In this document: piece after piece, positions 24,221-37,160 of the stretch
Position numbering within the stretch: the first letter of the stretch is position 1
Layout of the letters: each line of letters begins with the position of its first letter
NCBI GenBank assembly: GCA_000934665.2
Contig: KZ538113.1
Location: forward strand, 1-64,000
Origin: Catajapyx aquilonaris
Taxonomy: Eukaryota
DNA length: 64,000 bases
Reading direction: 5' to 3'
Notes under the pieces: generated by a model
The model's database searches: none
The model's input: the letters and a program-made list of their open reading frames with translations, nothing else
What the model was told of the DNA's origin: nothing
Position numbers and translations under genes: made by a program

Positions 24221-26113
24221 TACTGCTATATTATTTATTCATTTATTGTTAATTTACTAGCTATTACTTCTATTATTTGTCATATTTAAATTTTCATCAA
24301 CAAACAGTATTTTAACTGACTGTTATGCAGATAGTACAAAAAGGACTGGTCGCCGATTAAGAAAAATGGCCGATTATTACGTATTCACAATGCAGATAGT
24401 TTTAACTGACGTTCGTAAAACGGACTCTTAATTGGTAAAAGATATTGAAAAAGGTGTTCGCCAAATATTGGCAAAACTTTGTTTGGTTACTTAAAATTAG
24501 CACTTTTTATTAAAAGCAAACATGGGGNNNNNNNNNNNNNNNNNGGGGGGGGGGGCAAAATCCAACTGAAACGGACACTTCAACTAGAACAGTGCATTAA
24601 TGTTTTTACCTAATTGCTCACAGTGCGAGGAAAACTATGCGAATATCATCCCCTTGACTCGCAACGGTTTCCAGGTAGCTTCACATCTGGAATAATTCGC
24701 AGGTGAAAATTATTGTCTCGAAGAGAGAAAAAAAAATCCGGTTCTATAATTGAAACCGTTTTTGTACAAATCCGTCGTACAACATCCTCTCGAGATACGC
24801 GGCTAAAAAGCAAGGCTTTACCTCTGTTTCCAGATTCATGATGACATGTCCGCAAATAGCTTAATTCCTCCACGACATATGGAAGGTGACACGCAAACGT
24901 CACTTGTGTTTTACGGCACCCCCGCGGTTTCCATTGGTCACGAAAACCACTGATAAAGAATAAAGGGGGAAAAAAAATAAATCTAGCTGCCTAGATTAGT
25001 TTCCGCAGTTTCTTATTGCACTGCAAAGGTCAACTTCGTTACAATCGATCACATCGTAAGTGCAATTTTCATTCAATGGTCCGAGTAAGATATATCACAC
25101 AATTGCACAAATTACATACCGTGCATGGTATGATTTTCGGCTTATTATCCTTTTAAGTCAGCAACAATCCAAACGTTAATCAATTTTGCACAGCATGTAT
25201 ACTACACAGGGTGGCACACAGCTCACGTTCATAATTTCAACACAGGTTCATTCCTGCACTTAACTGAATACTTGGGGCAATGTACCACCCTGTATATACA
25301 GTCACGACTTTTCATACAGTCGTGCAACATATTGAACCCGACGTATCGACTCACACCACACAAAAGAGCTTAGAAAACACACGCAACCCGCACGCCTTTT
25401 CATTTCCGCAACACCCGTACCACACGACACCTGTCAAGTCCCGCAACAATGTATTAAAAAATCCGCAACAATATTATGGAGAGAAAAAAAAGAAACACTT
25501 TCGATTCCTGCTTTTAACACGTGCACGAAAAAAATAGTTCCGACATGAGGGCGTAGCCCTTTTATTTTATTTTTTATATTGTTTTTTTGTGGTAACAGGA
25601 TACTACTATCCAACAGGTGAAGCTTGGAAATGTCAAGGACCTGAACATTTTTATTTACCACAGGGCTTGAATATTGCAACAAAAGCGACACATTCAGTGT
25701 CCGCCCTAGAGTTCCTCGCTGGACCATTGTTCCTGTCCAGATTTTTTTTTTTTAAGAGGGGGGGTGGAGGGTTGGAGGGGTTCATTTCCGGAGATGTCAT
25801 TTGCATGACACGTCAACCGGATCAGATCTAGGGGGGTCCTCTGGGATCAGATGAATCCTCTGCCTGTGCTTTTCACAATGGCTATATATTACTGAAAGCG
25901 GAATATTAGTCCGCTCTTTTTTCCAGGCAGAGGCCAATCTCCGTTTCCTCACGCAGGTTCGAGCTGTTAAATTGTCACATTCGGGTCAAGGGAAGGCATG
26001 CAACCCATCACTCTCTCGAAAAGGTTAATCCATCTTTACGTCAAGTGTTTTTTTCTTTTCTTTCTTTCTCTCACTTTGCATTTTCTCACCACTCTAACAG
26101 TCCAACAAGGAAC

Positions 26114-26590
26114 AGAAATTCTGCCTGTTACAACAAGCCGAAAGTGTTACGTTATTTGTAGCAGTTATTTCAGTCGGCTTTTGGGGCAGAAAAAAGCGAC
26201 GTGTGAAAATACAAGCTTGGGGCACACATTTCACGACGTGACAAATGTCCTCATATTACCAGCAAAATTTCAGGTGCTGGGAAAGAGCCAGGCTGGTAGA
26301 AATTCTGCCTGTTACAACAATACAAGCATAAAGCTTTTAGGCTATTTGTAGCAGTTATTCCCGCCATATTTCCAGGCTGAAAAAAGCAACGTGTCAAAAA
26401 TACAAGCTTGGGCCACACATTTCATGACTAAATGTCTGATGCATTTAATTAGCAAAATTTCAGATGGGAAATACAGCCTGTTGTAGATTCTGCCTATTAG
26501 AAGAAGCAGAAAGTGTTAGGTTATTTGTAGCAGTTATTCGAGGCTGATTTTTGAGGGCAAAATGGGCAACAATGTCAAAATACAGGCTTG
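26114..26590. repeat. ~185-bp tandem repeat, about 2.5 diverged units
   Basis: aga(a)attctgcct...tatttgtagcagttatt...aatacaagcttgg at ~26114, ~26298 and ~26485. Confidence 0.85.
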
Positions 26591-27298
26591 ACAAGGCATG
26601 ACAAGACGACTGATTGCAAAATTTCACATTAACTAAAACTCAAACAACCCTACTAATATTTCCTGCTTATTGGAACTCAGCTAAAGCAGCTTGCCCTTTC
26701 TTGTTGGATGTCCCTGTGACATGGTGGAAAACGAGCAGATCAATGAGTTCACTCGACATTTTTCAAGCCCAGAACCCGCTTGTTTAAATATGTATGCCTG
26801 ATGGTAATGCAGGCAACGATCCGCCAAATGAAACTGTGAACTTCACTGTAGATGCTGCGGGACTCTATGATTTGCGCACAAAAATTTGGGCAATCACTAA
26901 GTCAAAGGCTCTCAGCTTAATTTTAAATATGCAGCGCGATCCATTGTTATTAATTGCGCCAATAATAATCGACGCTTATTAAGCCTTCTATTAAGCTTCC
27001 ATTAGCATACAGTATATGCAGAAGCGTGATTGAGTAACTCCATCCAAATTAATACAGGTATTGATTCGGTTAATCAGTCCAACATCCATATACCTTATGA
27101 AAGTTACGTCAGGTATTTTATGTAAGACTGTTATTTTATCCAGTAGGATTACGAACACAAAAAAAATCACGAAATAAATAAATAAATCTAAACAGATAAC
27201 GCGTTTGTGCAAAATTAAAAGTAAGCCATCTCTATGCCATCACAAATGGCGTGACGTGATAAAACGAAACCGTCATGAAATAAGAAGACATGTAACAC

Positions 27299-27301
<3 letters not shown>

Positions 27302-27361
<60 letters not shown>
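27302..27361. repeat. (TC)n microsatellite
   Basis: Pure TC run of about 60 bp. Confidence 0.95.
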
Positions 27362-27364
<3 letters not shown>

Positions 27365-30300
27365 CCATTTCGCATATTTCCTCGAAGCTCCGCCAAAATT
27401 CACGCTACCATATTTAAAATCCAGCCGTAATTTTTCTGCAATAAAAAACCACCAAAAACATCTGAATACTTGGCTTATAAAAATGTCAGCGGCTCAGCCT
27501 GTTCTTTTCAAGTCTGGGGAAAAAAAATATCTATAGACTAATAGGCTCCGAATCTATGTTTGTATATATCAATATTCCTACATTAATTTTGCGTGTACAA
27601 GACCAAAGTTGCAAATGCTCCATTTTTTGACTGAAACAGGAACACTGGCTGCAGAAAGACCAAAAAAGCCAGCCCTCCTTTTTCCACCTATGCAACCAGG
27701 TGCATCGACACCTCCCCCCCCCCCCCNNNNNNNNNNNNNNNNNNNNNNNNCCCACCCCCGCAATACACAATTTCTGGTACAACACAACGGAAACGGTGAG
27801 CTCACTCCCCCCTCGGACCAGCAGGTGAGCCCCCCCTCTCACTAAAACGAGTGACGCCCCATTCAGTACGAAGGGAATCCTCCGCCAGTGAACAGGTTGC
27901 TCACCTCACAGCAAGAAAAACCATGGATTGTTTGTGCCTCTGACTCACCCAGTAAGTACATCCGATCAATGTTCATTTACCTCAAACTCCATATTTAAAC
28001 GATGCGTCTAATGTTTATGAATATCGAGTGATGGTGCTGTGTGTACTTTGTAATCACAAGTGAAAGAATAGTTTTGGAAGCCTTTTAGTAGTGCTTCTAA
28101 AAATCATTGAACCGTGAGTAGGATTCATGCCCTTTCACATGAATGTTAATGCAGGGCTCTAGTGCGCTGGTTTTTTTTTTGTGAGTGAGTGCGTGGAGTT
28201 ACGCCCTGAATAGTGCTTCAGTTGAACGTGGAAAATTATCCATGCAGTGATGCCTGGAGAAATCAAGTACGAACAAGTGGATAATTTTAGTGATGGTTGC
28301 AACCAAATACAGTATGGTGCATTGATGATAATATTTCCATAGCCTTCTGATGTTGCTCCAGTTTACCTATAGTCATGTTATTATAACCCGGGCCAACTGT
28401 CAAACTTCACAGAAAATATTGTGCTAAAAATGTACTCAAAAATGAATCACAAACTGCTGGGATTGTTCGGCCCAGCAACCAGTTTGGAAATCAACCAGTG
28501 AATGTGGCCTTGTTGATTCTGAAGTAAACAACAAACAAATTTTTTCCCTTGAAAACTGGTGACAATGATCATTCTTTCCCTCAGATTTCTCTCGACACTA
28601 TTCCGACAGTTTCACAGTTAATTCCTCGGTTAATTCCGGTATTTTGAACAAAACGTGAGTGAAACTCTTTCCCCCCCAAAATTTATACAAAAATTAGTCC
28701 CTAATTTTCAACCAATATTCACTGTATACTGGTTGTTTGCCCCCAGCAACACCCTCAATCATGGCTTCATTTGTGGTAACTGATTCACTGTAAACTGGTT
28801 GACTGTAGATCTGGGCTACATAACCGACCAAAAAAACTGTCCCATACATTCAGGCAAAATCAGGTCCCTCTAGGCCTACAATGTACTATTTAAAAAAAAA
28901 AGTTCCATACATTCGGCCAATTGAAGCCAGCAAACGTTTTTCCACGACTGTAAAAGGCCTACTTTTTCCTCCCACAACCTGTAATTTTCCGCCATAAAAA
29001 TCATAATAAAAGCTCGCTGTTTTTTTTATATATGCCTCCAACTCTCTTTCCCTATATAGTTGGCAAAAGAATGCAAGGGAGTCAGTCACAAACATTTTCA
29101 TTCCTATAATCGGGGTGCCGCACCATTCCTTCGGCCTGCTAACACAACAATCTCTCAATAGCCACATATCAGATGCAAGTCACGCGACTTTGAATCCCAC
29201 AAAAAAATTGTCGAATGAATAAAGAAGGGAGGGCAAGCCATATTATACGAGGCATGTGATATGTATTTTTTTTTAATGTATTGTCACGCCCTTACAATTA
29301 AGGAGGTCGGAACCTGGCGGTCCTTTTTTTTTTTCTCCTTCTCGGGCGGTGGAACTTTCGGTACGACACACATTCCTTTGCTTCCTCGACCTTAACTCTT
29401 CCCCAAGAACTTTCTCCAAGGACCACCCCCGTTTTGTTCTACACTACAGGAACAAAAGTATGTGACGCGGCGCCGTGGTTTGTTTGAAAAAGCTAGTTAC
29501 AGGTGACCGTGTCGGGTAGGCCAAGGGTGTGCTACAAAATATTGGTCGCACAAAATCTACACAAAAACTATTCGGATTTGCACTCCTTTTTAACATAGCT
29601 AAATCCTGTACTTTTAATAAAATTGCGGACTACAAGTAAAAAGTATGAAGTGCAAATTTTTGCATTAAGATTCGACCCCTGTTACAGCTCAGCTATCACC
29701 ACTATTTACCGGTGCTTACATAATTACCATCGCAACAATTTTAAAAATATACAGTAGCCTATCTTAGAAATCACGCACGTTATATCCAGTAGCTAACTAC
29801 CGGTATTGGTACCGGTTTTTTTTTTCTCTCTCTCTCTCTCTCATAATTTCGCCACGTCAAGTGAAAGGCGGGTACATGCATGGCATTTTGAAATATGTAT
29901 ATAATGTAACAGCGTTCTGGTATGTTTATGTCCCCTTGAGCTCGAGCCTTATCGAGGATGCATTAGCAGGAAGGCTCTTCCTTCTAAAGAGGGCCAACAA
30001 CTTAACCTGCAATTTGGCGTCCATTACCAGGGGGGGTTCGGAAGGAAGGTTATTCCCTAGAGAAAGATGCTCCATGAAAACAAGAGGTTAAAACCTATCG
30101 TCGCCATTATCTGGGAACGTCAAGGCCTGGATGCCATCAAATGTCTTGGCTGATTCCATAAAATGATACAAAGTTTTGATACATTACGAAACACCCTGTA
30201 TGTCTCAAAATAGAGGAAAACTGAAAACACGGAAACACAGTTTGATGGGGTTAATCGGTGCTAAAGAGAGCGTGCTGATCCGATGTTGCAACAGCCGCAA

Positions 30301-33300
30301 AAACCGATTTTGTGAAGCAATTTAACACATCCACTCCTCTCAAAAGCGGTGCCCTAACATGTGCAATTAGCCATATTTGACAACAAAATGGCACGCAATA
30401 ATGCTCAAATCTTATATACCAGGTTATGCAAGGTTCAATCGAGGCGCCGCAATAACTCTCAGAAGTCAAGCAACCATTTTCTCGAGAGTTGCTGAGGGTA
30501 AAAAAATAAATCTCTGCTTTTTTTGATGGATTCTATAAAAGTGCAGATTGAACTTCCGCAAATCGAATCCTCTACAAGTCTAACTTTTTTTTGATGGCCC
30601 CCCTTGTTGGCAAAAGTTGCGGAAGTTCGAGTGGGGGGGGGGAAGTCGTAATTTCGCGAACTGGTGTCGATACTATTGCAAAGGGTGCTTAACGAGCTGT
30701 AAGGACCAACCAGGGGGGGGGGGGGGTTACACACGCCCAATTGAGCCTAATAGGGTCACTTTTTTAAAACGATAGCAATGGTGGTCACGGAATCGCAATT
30801 TCGATTCATCCCAAATGCCATTTTCGCAGGTTTTTAACTGTTATCCAACCATTCGTTATTGCTGAGAGTGGGGGGCTGTTGCTTTCAGGCAGTGCTGGGT
30901 GCGACTAAATAAACGAAAAATATATATACAGCGCGATATTGCAGCAGATGTTGGCAATATTCCGACTTCACAGCTATATAATTTGAAGGATGGAATGAAA
31001 AGCAATATTACAGCACTTGTAAGGCTGTCAAGAAATCGGATCCCTGAAGAAGAAAGGCTGTGACTTTTAAAAAATTGTTGGAATAGTAGATATTTTTTTT
31101 TCTTCCTAATTTTGTACGACCATATTTTTTCTAGTATCCCAAGTAATATTATATTCGATAATTTTATTTATTATTAATTTTACCTCTCTCCCTTTACAAT
31201 ATTGTGCGAAAGGGAGGTAAAATTACCGACAATTAATAAATTAATATTTGACAATTTTTAAAGTATCAGCGCAAATATCAGCAATATTCATATACAGTAT
31301 TTATTAATTTAAAAAAGAATGCGTCTGTATATTATAAAGAAGCCCTCTGTGTTACTGCTATTTCATATCCATTTTAATAGTTCATACATTTTTATATTTA
31401 AAAACGTTAAATACCCCGTAGGCCTGTGCTTTTTTGGAAGAAAAAATAAGAGCTGTTGAAAATATGTAAAACTCTCAACTTATCTTCATCTTATCTAATA
31501 TCTTAAAAGATTGCGTTATCAAGATTATTATGTAATTCACAAACATTCCGATTTAAAGGTCGAAAAATTTAACACACGAGGCTATACCGCCTCCAAGAAT
31601 CGGAAATCCGTAAAAGGAAAAACCCATGTTTGACGAGAATAAACTTAGTCATTCTGGATTTATGCAAAAAAGTGCGTCTCATGCCATCTGACGCCAACCT
31701 CGTTTCCCATCTTTCAAAAGATTGGGTGGATCAACATTTTATGAGATTTTGCTCTTCAAGGGTTCAATTTTGCAGCTTTCTTCGGATGAAAAAAAAACTC
31801 CGCTATAGATTCTTTCCAAGTACATGCAAAATGCTGTAATAAAATATCCGCTAATTTCCTGATCTATGTCGCTTTTTTATGTCCTGAAATATCCGTCAGC
31901 TTCTTCACCTCCGGTTGGATAAAGACGGTTCGAAGTAGCTGGATATCTTTCGGTACAAAGAGAGAGAAAGAAAAAAGCCGTTGACAGCAGTGGCTACGGA
32001 GAAAACACTTCTTTCAATTTCCAAGTTTGATATCTGGAGTGGAAACGGAGACGGCTGTGGGGACAGCCAGACAGAGCTAGACACAGAGAGAGTTGTTTCC
32101 AAAAAACCTTTTCCGGAACCTCCTCTTCACATGCTTAAATTCGAGGCTTGTCTTTTAAATGCAATAATCGACTTAACGCCACATTACGAAACAGAATAAA
32201 AATAACGCGCCTGTGAAATTCCCTCACGCCATATTATTTTTTTTCTACTGGTCAGAAAATGTCAGTCGCAAGAGAAAACTTTTGCTATTTTTATAAAGCA
32301 GAAAAAGACACTTCCTCTCTCAAATGCAACACAATAAGGAAATGAGACCTGTGGTATTTGGCGCTCATCTTTTGAACCACAACCACAAAGCAATAATCCG
32401 GCAAAACTAACGCCATAGTCGAAACATGTAAACCGTTACTAAATGTGTAAAAAAAATAAATATTTGTTATACCTAAACCATCGAAACGGATCTAACTGCA
32501 AGAATTCAATTCACTCGCAGGATCAGATCCTCGAAAAGGCCCGCAATGCGTGAAAATATTTTCTGGCAAACCTCGGTAATGCGTCAGGAAGGATTCCAAC
32601 TCTTTTAGCACGCAAAAAAAGAGGGCAGGGCCGTGAACTCCCTTTAATCGGATTCTGCAAAAATCGGCGAGCACCGGATATGCAAATCAGATGGAAAAGC
32701 TGTTTATATGGGCCGCAAATTTCTATGAATATCGAAAATCGAAGGGCAGCTATCGGAGCGTGACCAGCTCGAAGGCTATAAGGCAACAATGCAGGATTTT
32801 GAATGTATTATTTCTAGTCGTGGACCTGTTGACAAAATTTGGCAACACTGCTTGGTCCACCCCGTAGTACGATAGGAGACAACCAGTTGGCGCATAGGCT
32901 GTCCCTCTGCGCACTACTATAGGGAAGGTAGAACTACATGCACGTTGGTGATCAGTCATCGCGAGGACAAAGCCCACCCGTATGTGTCTCGCCTCCATTG
33001 AAGTGGACCGCTTTATGTATTCTCATTGTTGAACAGGGAAAAAACTATGGCAACTACTGCCTATATAGCCGATGAGTCAACACGGACAAAGAAGCGGACA
33101 CACAGAAAAAGGGGATTAGTATATAGGATGTACACTGTCCACGTTTCATCGTCATCATGATTCATTTAAAAAGTGGCGGCACTTAATCTACGCCGATTCT
33201 GCCCATCGTACCACTCGCTTTAATTGCAATCTGCCAGGCACATATCACTCCGAATTATCCAGTTGGAATCACAATAACACTAGACTTCCCTTCATTGCAT

Positions 33301-36300
33301 TGTGTGGGCCGAGAGACCCGATTATTCCCCAGGCCTGATGAAAAACGTCACTAAAAAAACTGACAAATATTACGCTCCAGACAAGTGGAGCGGCACACGG
33401 GAATCGGACACACAATAGGTCCCAAAACAGGTCCGGTGCAAAATTTTTTTTAAAAAAATCTCCCAAACAAAATTTCGTGCGAAACATGCCGCGGATTACT
33501 AGACAACAATGGAATCGAGCATTATGGGCTCCAGACTTGTTCTACTCAGCCGCGTTTGGGGCCGGGGACGTTTCTATTTGTCTCCATCCCTTAATGTCGC
33601 TCATTAAGAGGCTGGGGTGTACAGGACTTTCGCTTCAATTAATTTCCGGCAGACGGCGAAACCCAGGGCTTTTCAATAGCTCCGGTTGGAAAGGCAGTGG
33701 GGGGCCGGATAAACAATTTCGGGAGACTCTCTGGCTTGATTACGCCGTTTGCCGTTTTAGTTGTTGGCATGTGATCGGCAAGCTTGAGTACAAGACCATC
33801 CTTGTCCTGTCAAAGGATCGTAAAAAACCAAGACCTAACGACAGATGGTATATTGACCTACTCGGAATAGGTCTTTTTAACGATATATAAAAGAGGCATT
33901 GATCTGAAGGGGGGAAAGAACCACACCCTGATGTTGGGAGAGGTCACGATTCATTGCTGTGGAAAATATTAAAAGGAACTGGAACGTTCCGGAGCGATCT
34001 GGCCATATCCGGCCCATTTCATCAAAACAAATCAATTGAAAATCTCCGATTAAGTGTCACAGATAATCAGAGAATTTATACTAGTACATTCGTTGTATGC
34101 GTGCTTTCACTGTTGACCTTGCCATTCCATTCCATTATGCATATGAAAATAGACGATGTTATGATTCGCATAATGCGCTCGCGTTCAGGTCAAATACCTG
34201 GAATGCTCGGGCGTAATGTTATGGCAGCTCAAGTACTTGGTTTGCATACGACAAATATTTCCTGCTCCACTTCCAACCAGTGCAGATTCATCCCGAGGGG
34301 TTAATTAGGCAGGGTAAAATAATCACACTTTAAAAGAAAGTATTGAACATATTCGCATACTTAAATGCACTTTTATGTAACAACGGATGTAAAGTTCGCT
34401 GGATTTAAGAGGGTTCATAACATAATTAGAGTGCTTGATGAATCGAAGAGTTGGTTGTGGCCGTCGAATAATAAATGGCTTTAATTTAACTACGTAAGAA
34501 TCTCACCCCTTTGATAGCACATGTCACACTTGATGACCGGCTTCCAAATGGATATGCGAAAAAAGTTTCGCTTTCAATGCAAGGTTCTCAAAGCTACATT
34601 TTTTTTCCCACCCACACTAATTACGATGGCCTGTGAAGCATCAGTCCTCGGGGTTAGCAAAGGCTCGGAACCAACCAGGGCTACTAATCTGCCACAATTT
34701 GTTGGCGAAACAAAGGCTCCAGGAAACGGCTGTAGGACCAGGCTCTCTTTACTGATTATTATACCGGATGTACGTACTCTCGGCCATTTCAGAAAGCACG
34801 CTGCTATATGAAGTCTTCAAATTAGATAATTTTCTGGCCTTCTGGGTAACGGGTCACGTTTTGCCAAAATTCCAATTGTAGACTGAGTCGGCCTGCAAAG
34901 TCCATTAAAAGCCAGCTGAAAAAAATAGAGAGAGAAGTCCTTGAAACGGAACAGAAAAGACCACATCTCGAGGGAAGAGTAGAGAACTGCAGCAGCGTCG
35001 CTATCGATTCCAGCAGCAAACCACTTGCAGTTGTGCCAATGTAGACCACCCCATCCCCCACTACATACCTCCAGTCTCAACCCCCCCTAGAAATTCGGAT
35101 TCAGACAGCATCGCCCTTTATCTCCTACTAGCTCTCTGACCGACGAAGAGTAGATCGGGCAAAGAAATTTGCACTTTAATTCGCACCTTCAATGAGCTGA
35201 GAACACGTTTCATCCTCTTTTGGAGAAGGGGGGGCTGGATGAGACCCAATTCTCTACTAACCACGGTGTTTCCCAGGTATTTCTTATCTCACTTAAAATC
35301 TCCATCCACCTGCTGTACCACGTACCGGTGACCTCAGGCACAAGACGTTAGCGAAGAAAGAGGATTAAAAATGGCGGCCCGCTGCAGAGAACCTACCCGC
35401 AGCATACACCTGAACTGCACGTGCCATGTTGCCAAATGTTATAACAATTTGAAAGTCTGTATCATATTTCCTGCGCTGCTGGTTCGACAGGTTCTCTCTG
35501 TGTTCACGTGGGTTTTATTGGGGTTCTCCAGCAATTCAATGTCCAATAATTTTAATACTACAAATGAATGCGTCGATTAAGCCACTATTTTCACCTTTAA
35601 AAAGAATGTGTGCCATTTCAGGTTCAAAGTGAGTGAAAACCACTACAAATTATTTGGCGAATTGGCACGTGTAATGATGCTTAGAGGTATGCCCTAATGC
35701 GCTCTTTTGGCATGAATACACTCGAAAGTGGAATTGTTAAACCCTGTGTTTATCCTCTCCCGATGCACATCAGGCACAAAACAGTGAAAACTGATTAGAA
35801 ATGGCGCCCAGTGTTACAGCAGACAACCAACCCGATTCATATAGACATCCCTACAAATGCTCGGTTGCCAAACTTCACAACTACAAACTAGAAGTTTATC
35901 CCCACCTGGAAAGCTTTCCAGGTGAATTACGGCTAACCTGCTGGACGAAAATTAAAGTGGACATTCCCCCTGAATATGGCTGGAACTGGCTTGCAGGTTC
36001 ATCAGACCTCAACACAGTTCCCTGTACAGGCTAGCCAGTCAACCTCGAAGGAAAAGCATCGGGCCTGATAAGCCACTTGAACCGGATCCGTAATTAAACC
36101 TTTGTTCCTCGGAAATGTCAGGAACGCACCACTAGAGCCCTGAAATTTGGGATTGCGGTGAAATGCACCCAATTTTTTTTTTGTCCCTTTAAAAAAAAAC
36201 ACAAGCTCAGTTATCCAGCTTTTAATGGATTTTGATATCGCCCTGCGCTTTAGCCCCCATAGAGAAAATCCCAGTTCGCCTGGTCTCTTCTGGCCTGGCG

Positions 36301-36869
36301 CTGTATAACGTGTGGGAACATCATGCGGGGGAGCCTTATTGTACTTGTAATTCCGGCACACGGATGAGTAGGCGCTCAATGACCGTAAAATATGCAAATC
36401 ATAATTATGATATTTAGGGGGAGCATCTTGGCACATCTCCCGTCGAGCGTAACACACAATTAAGTACAGGCCAGTCAAAAAAAATACGACGGAAATGACA
36501 AGAATTGAATGCAAAATTTCAAAATTCGCTCAATATTCGTTCTTAAAAACCTGCAATTTTACAGAGGAAATTTTAAATGCCATAAATTAGCACACAGGAT
36601 GGTCCAACATGTTCGATTGCTATAGAACAATATTTCGCCCTAGTTGATGATGATGAAGTTAAATATTAAAGCAGTTTAGTGTAATAAATCACTGTATCAA
36701 CCTGACAAATATTTATCATCACCCTGCATAAATAAAATCAATTACAGATCAAATAAAATAAATTCTCGTAGGCTAAATCAAATCAATCGTGAAATAATAA
36801 AAATGAAACAAATGAAACAAATAACAGAATTATTTTATTTTTGTTTAATGTATTATTTAATAATAACGG

Positions 36870-37160
36870 GTGTAGAATTTTCGTCCCACTGCTAGATACT
36901 GCTAACTTATCAGTACCAGTGGTGGCAATGGTATACTGCCAAGTTAGCAGTAACTGGACGAAAATTCCACACACTATTTATTTATTTTATTATTTATTAT
37001 ATTGCTATTTGTTTCAGTTTCTTTATTTTATTATGGTATTTATTTTATTATCTAAACACATTGGGTGGGATTTTCTACCACTGCTAATTACTGCTTAGTA
37101 GTAACCATATCCAACATTGGTACTGCTAAGTTAGGAGTAACTAGCAGTGTGACGAAAATT
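36870..37160. mobile_element. Two adjacent ~100-bp hairpin elements of a dispersed family (third partial copy at ~9903-9985)
   Basis: gtgtagaattttcgtcc...ggacgaaaattccacac (36870-36972); shared core ccactgcta...tactgctaa at 9916, 36886 and ~37078. Confidence 0.6.
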
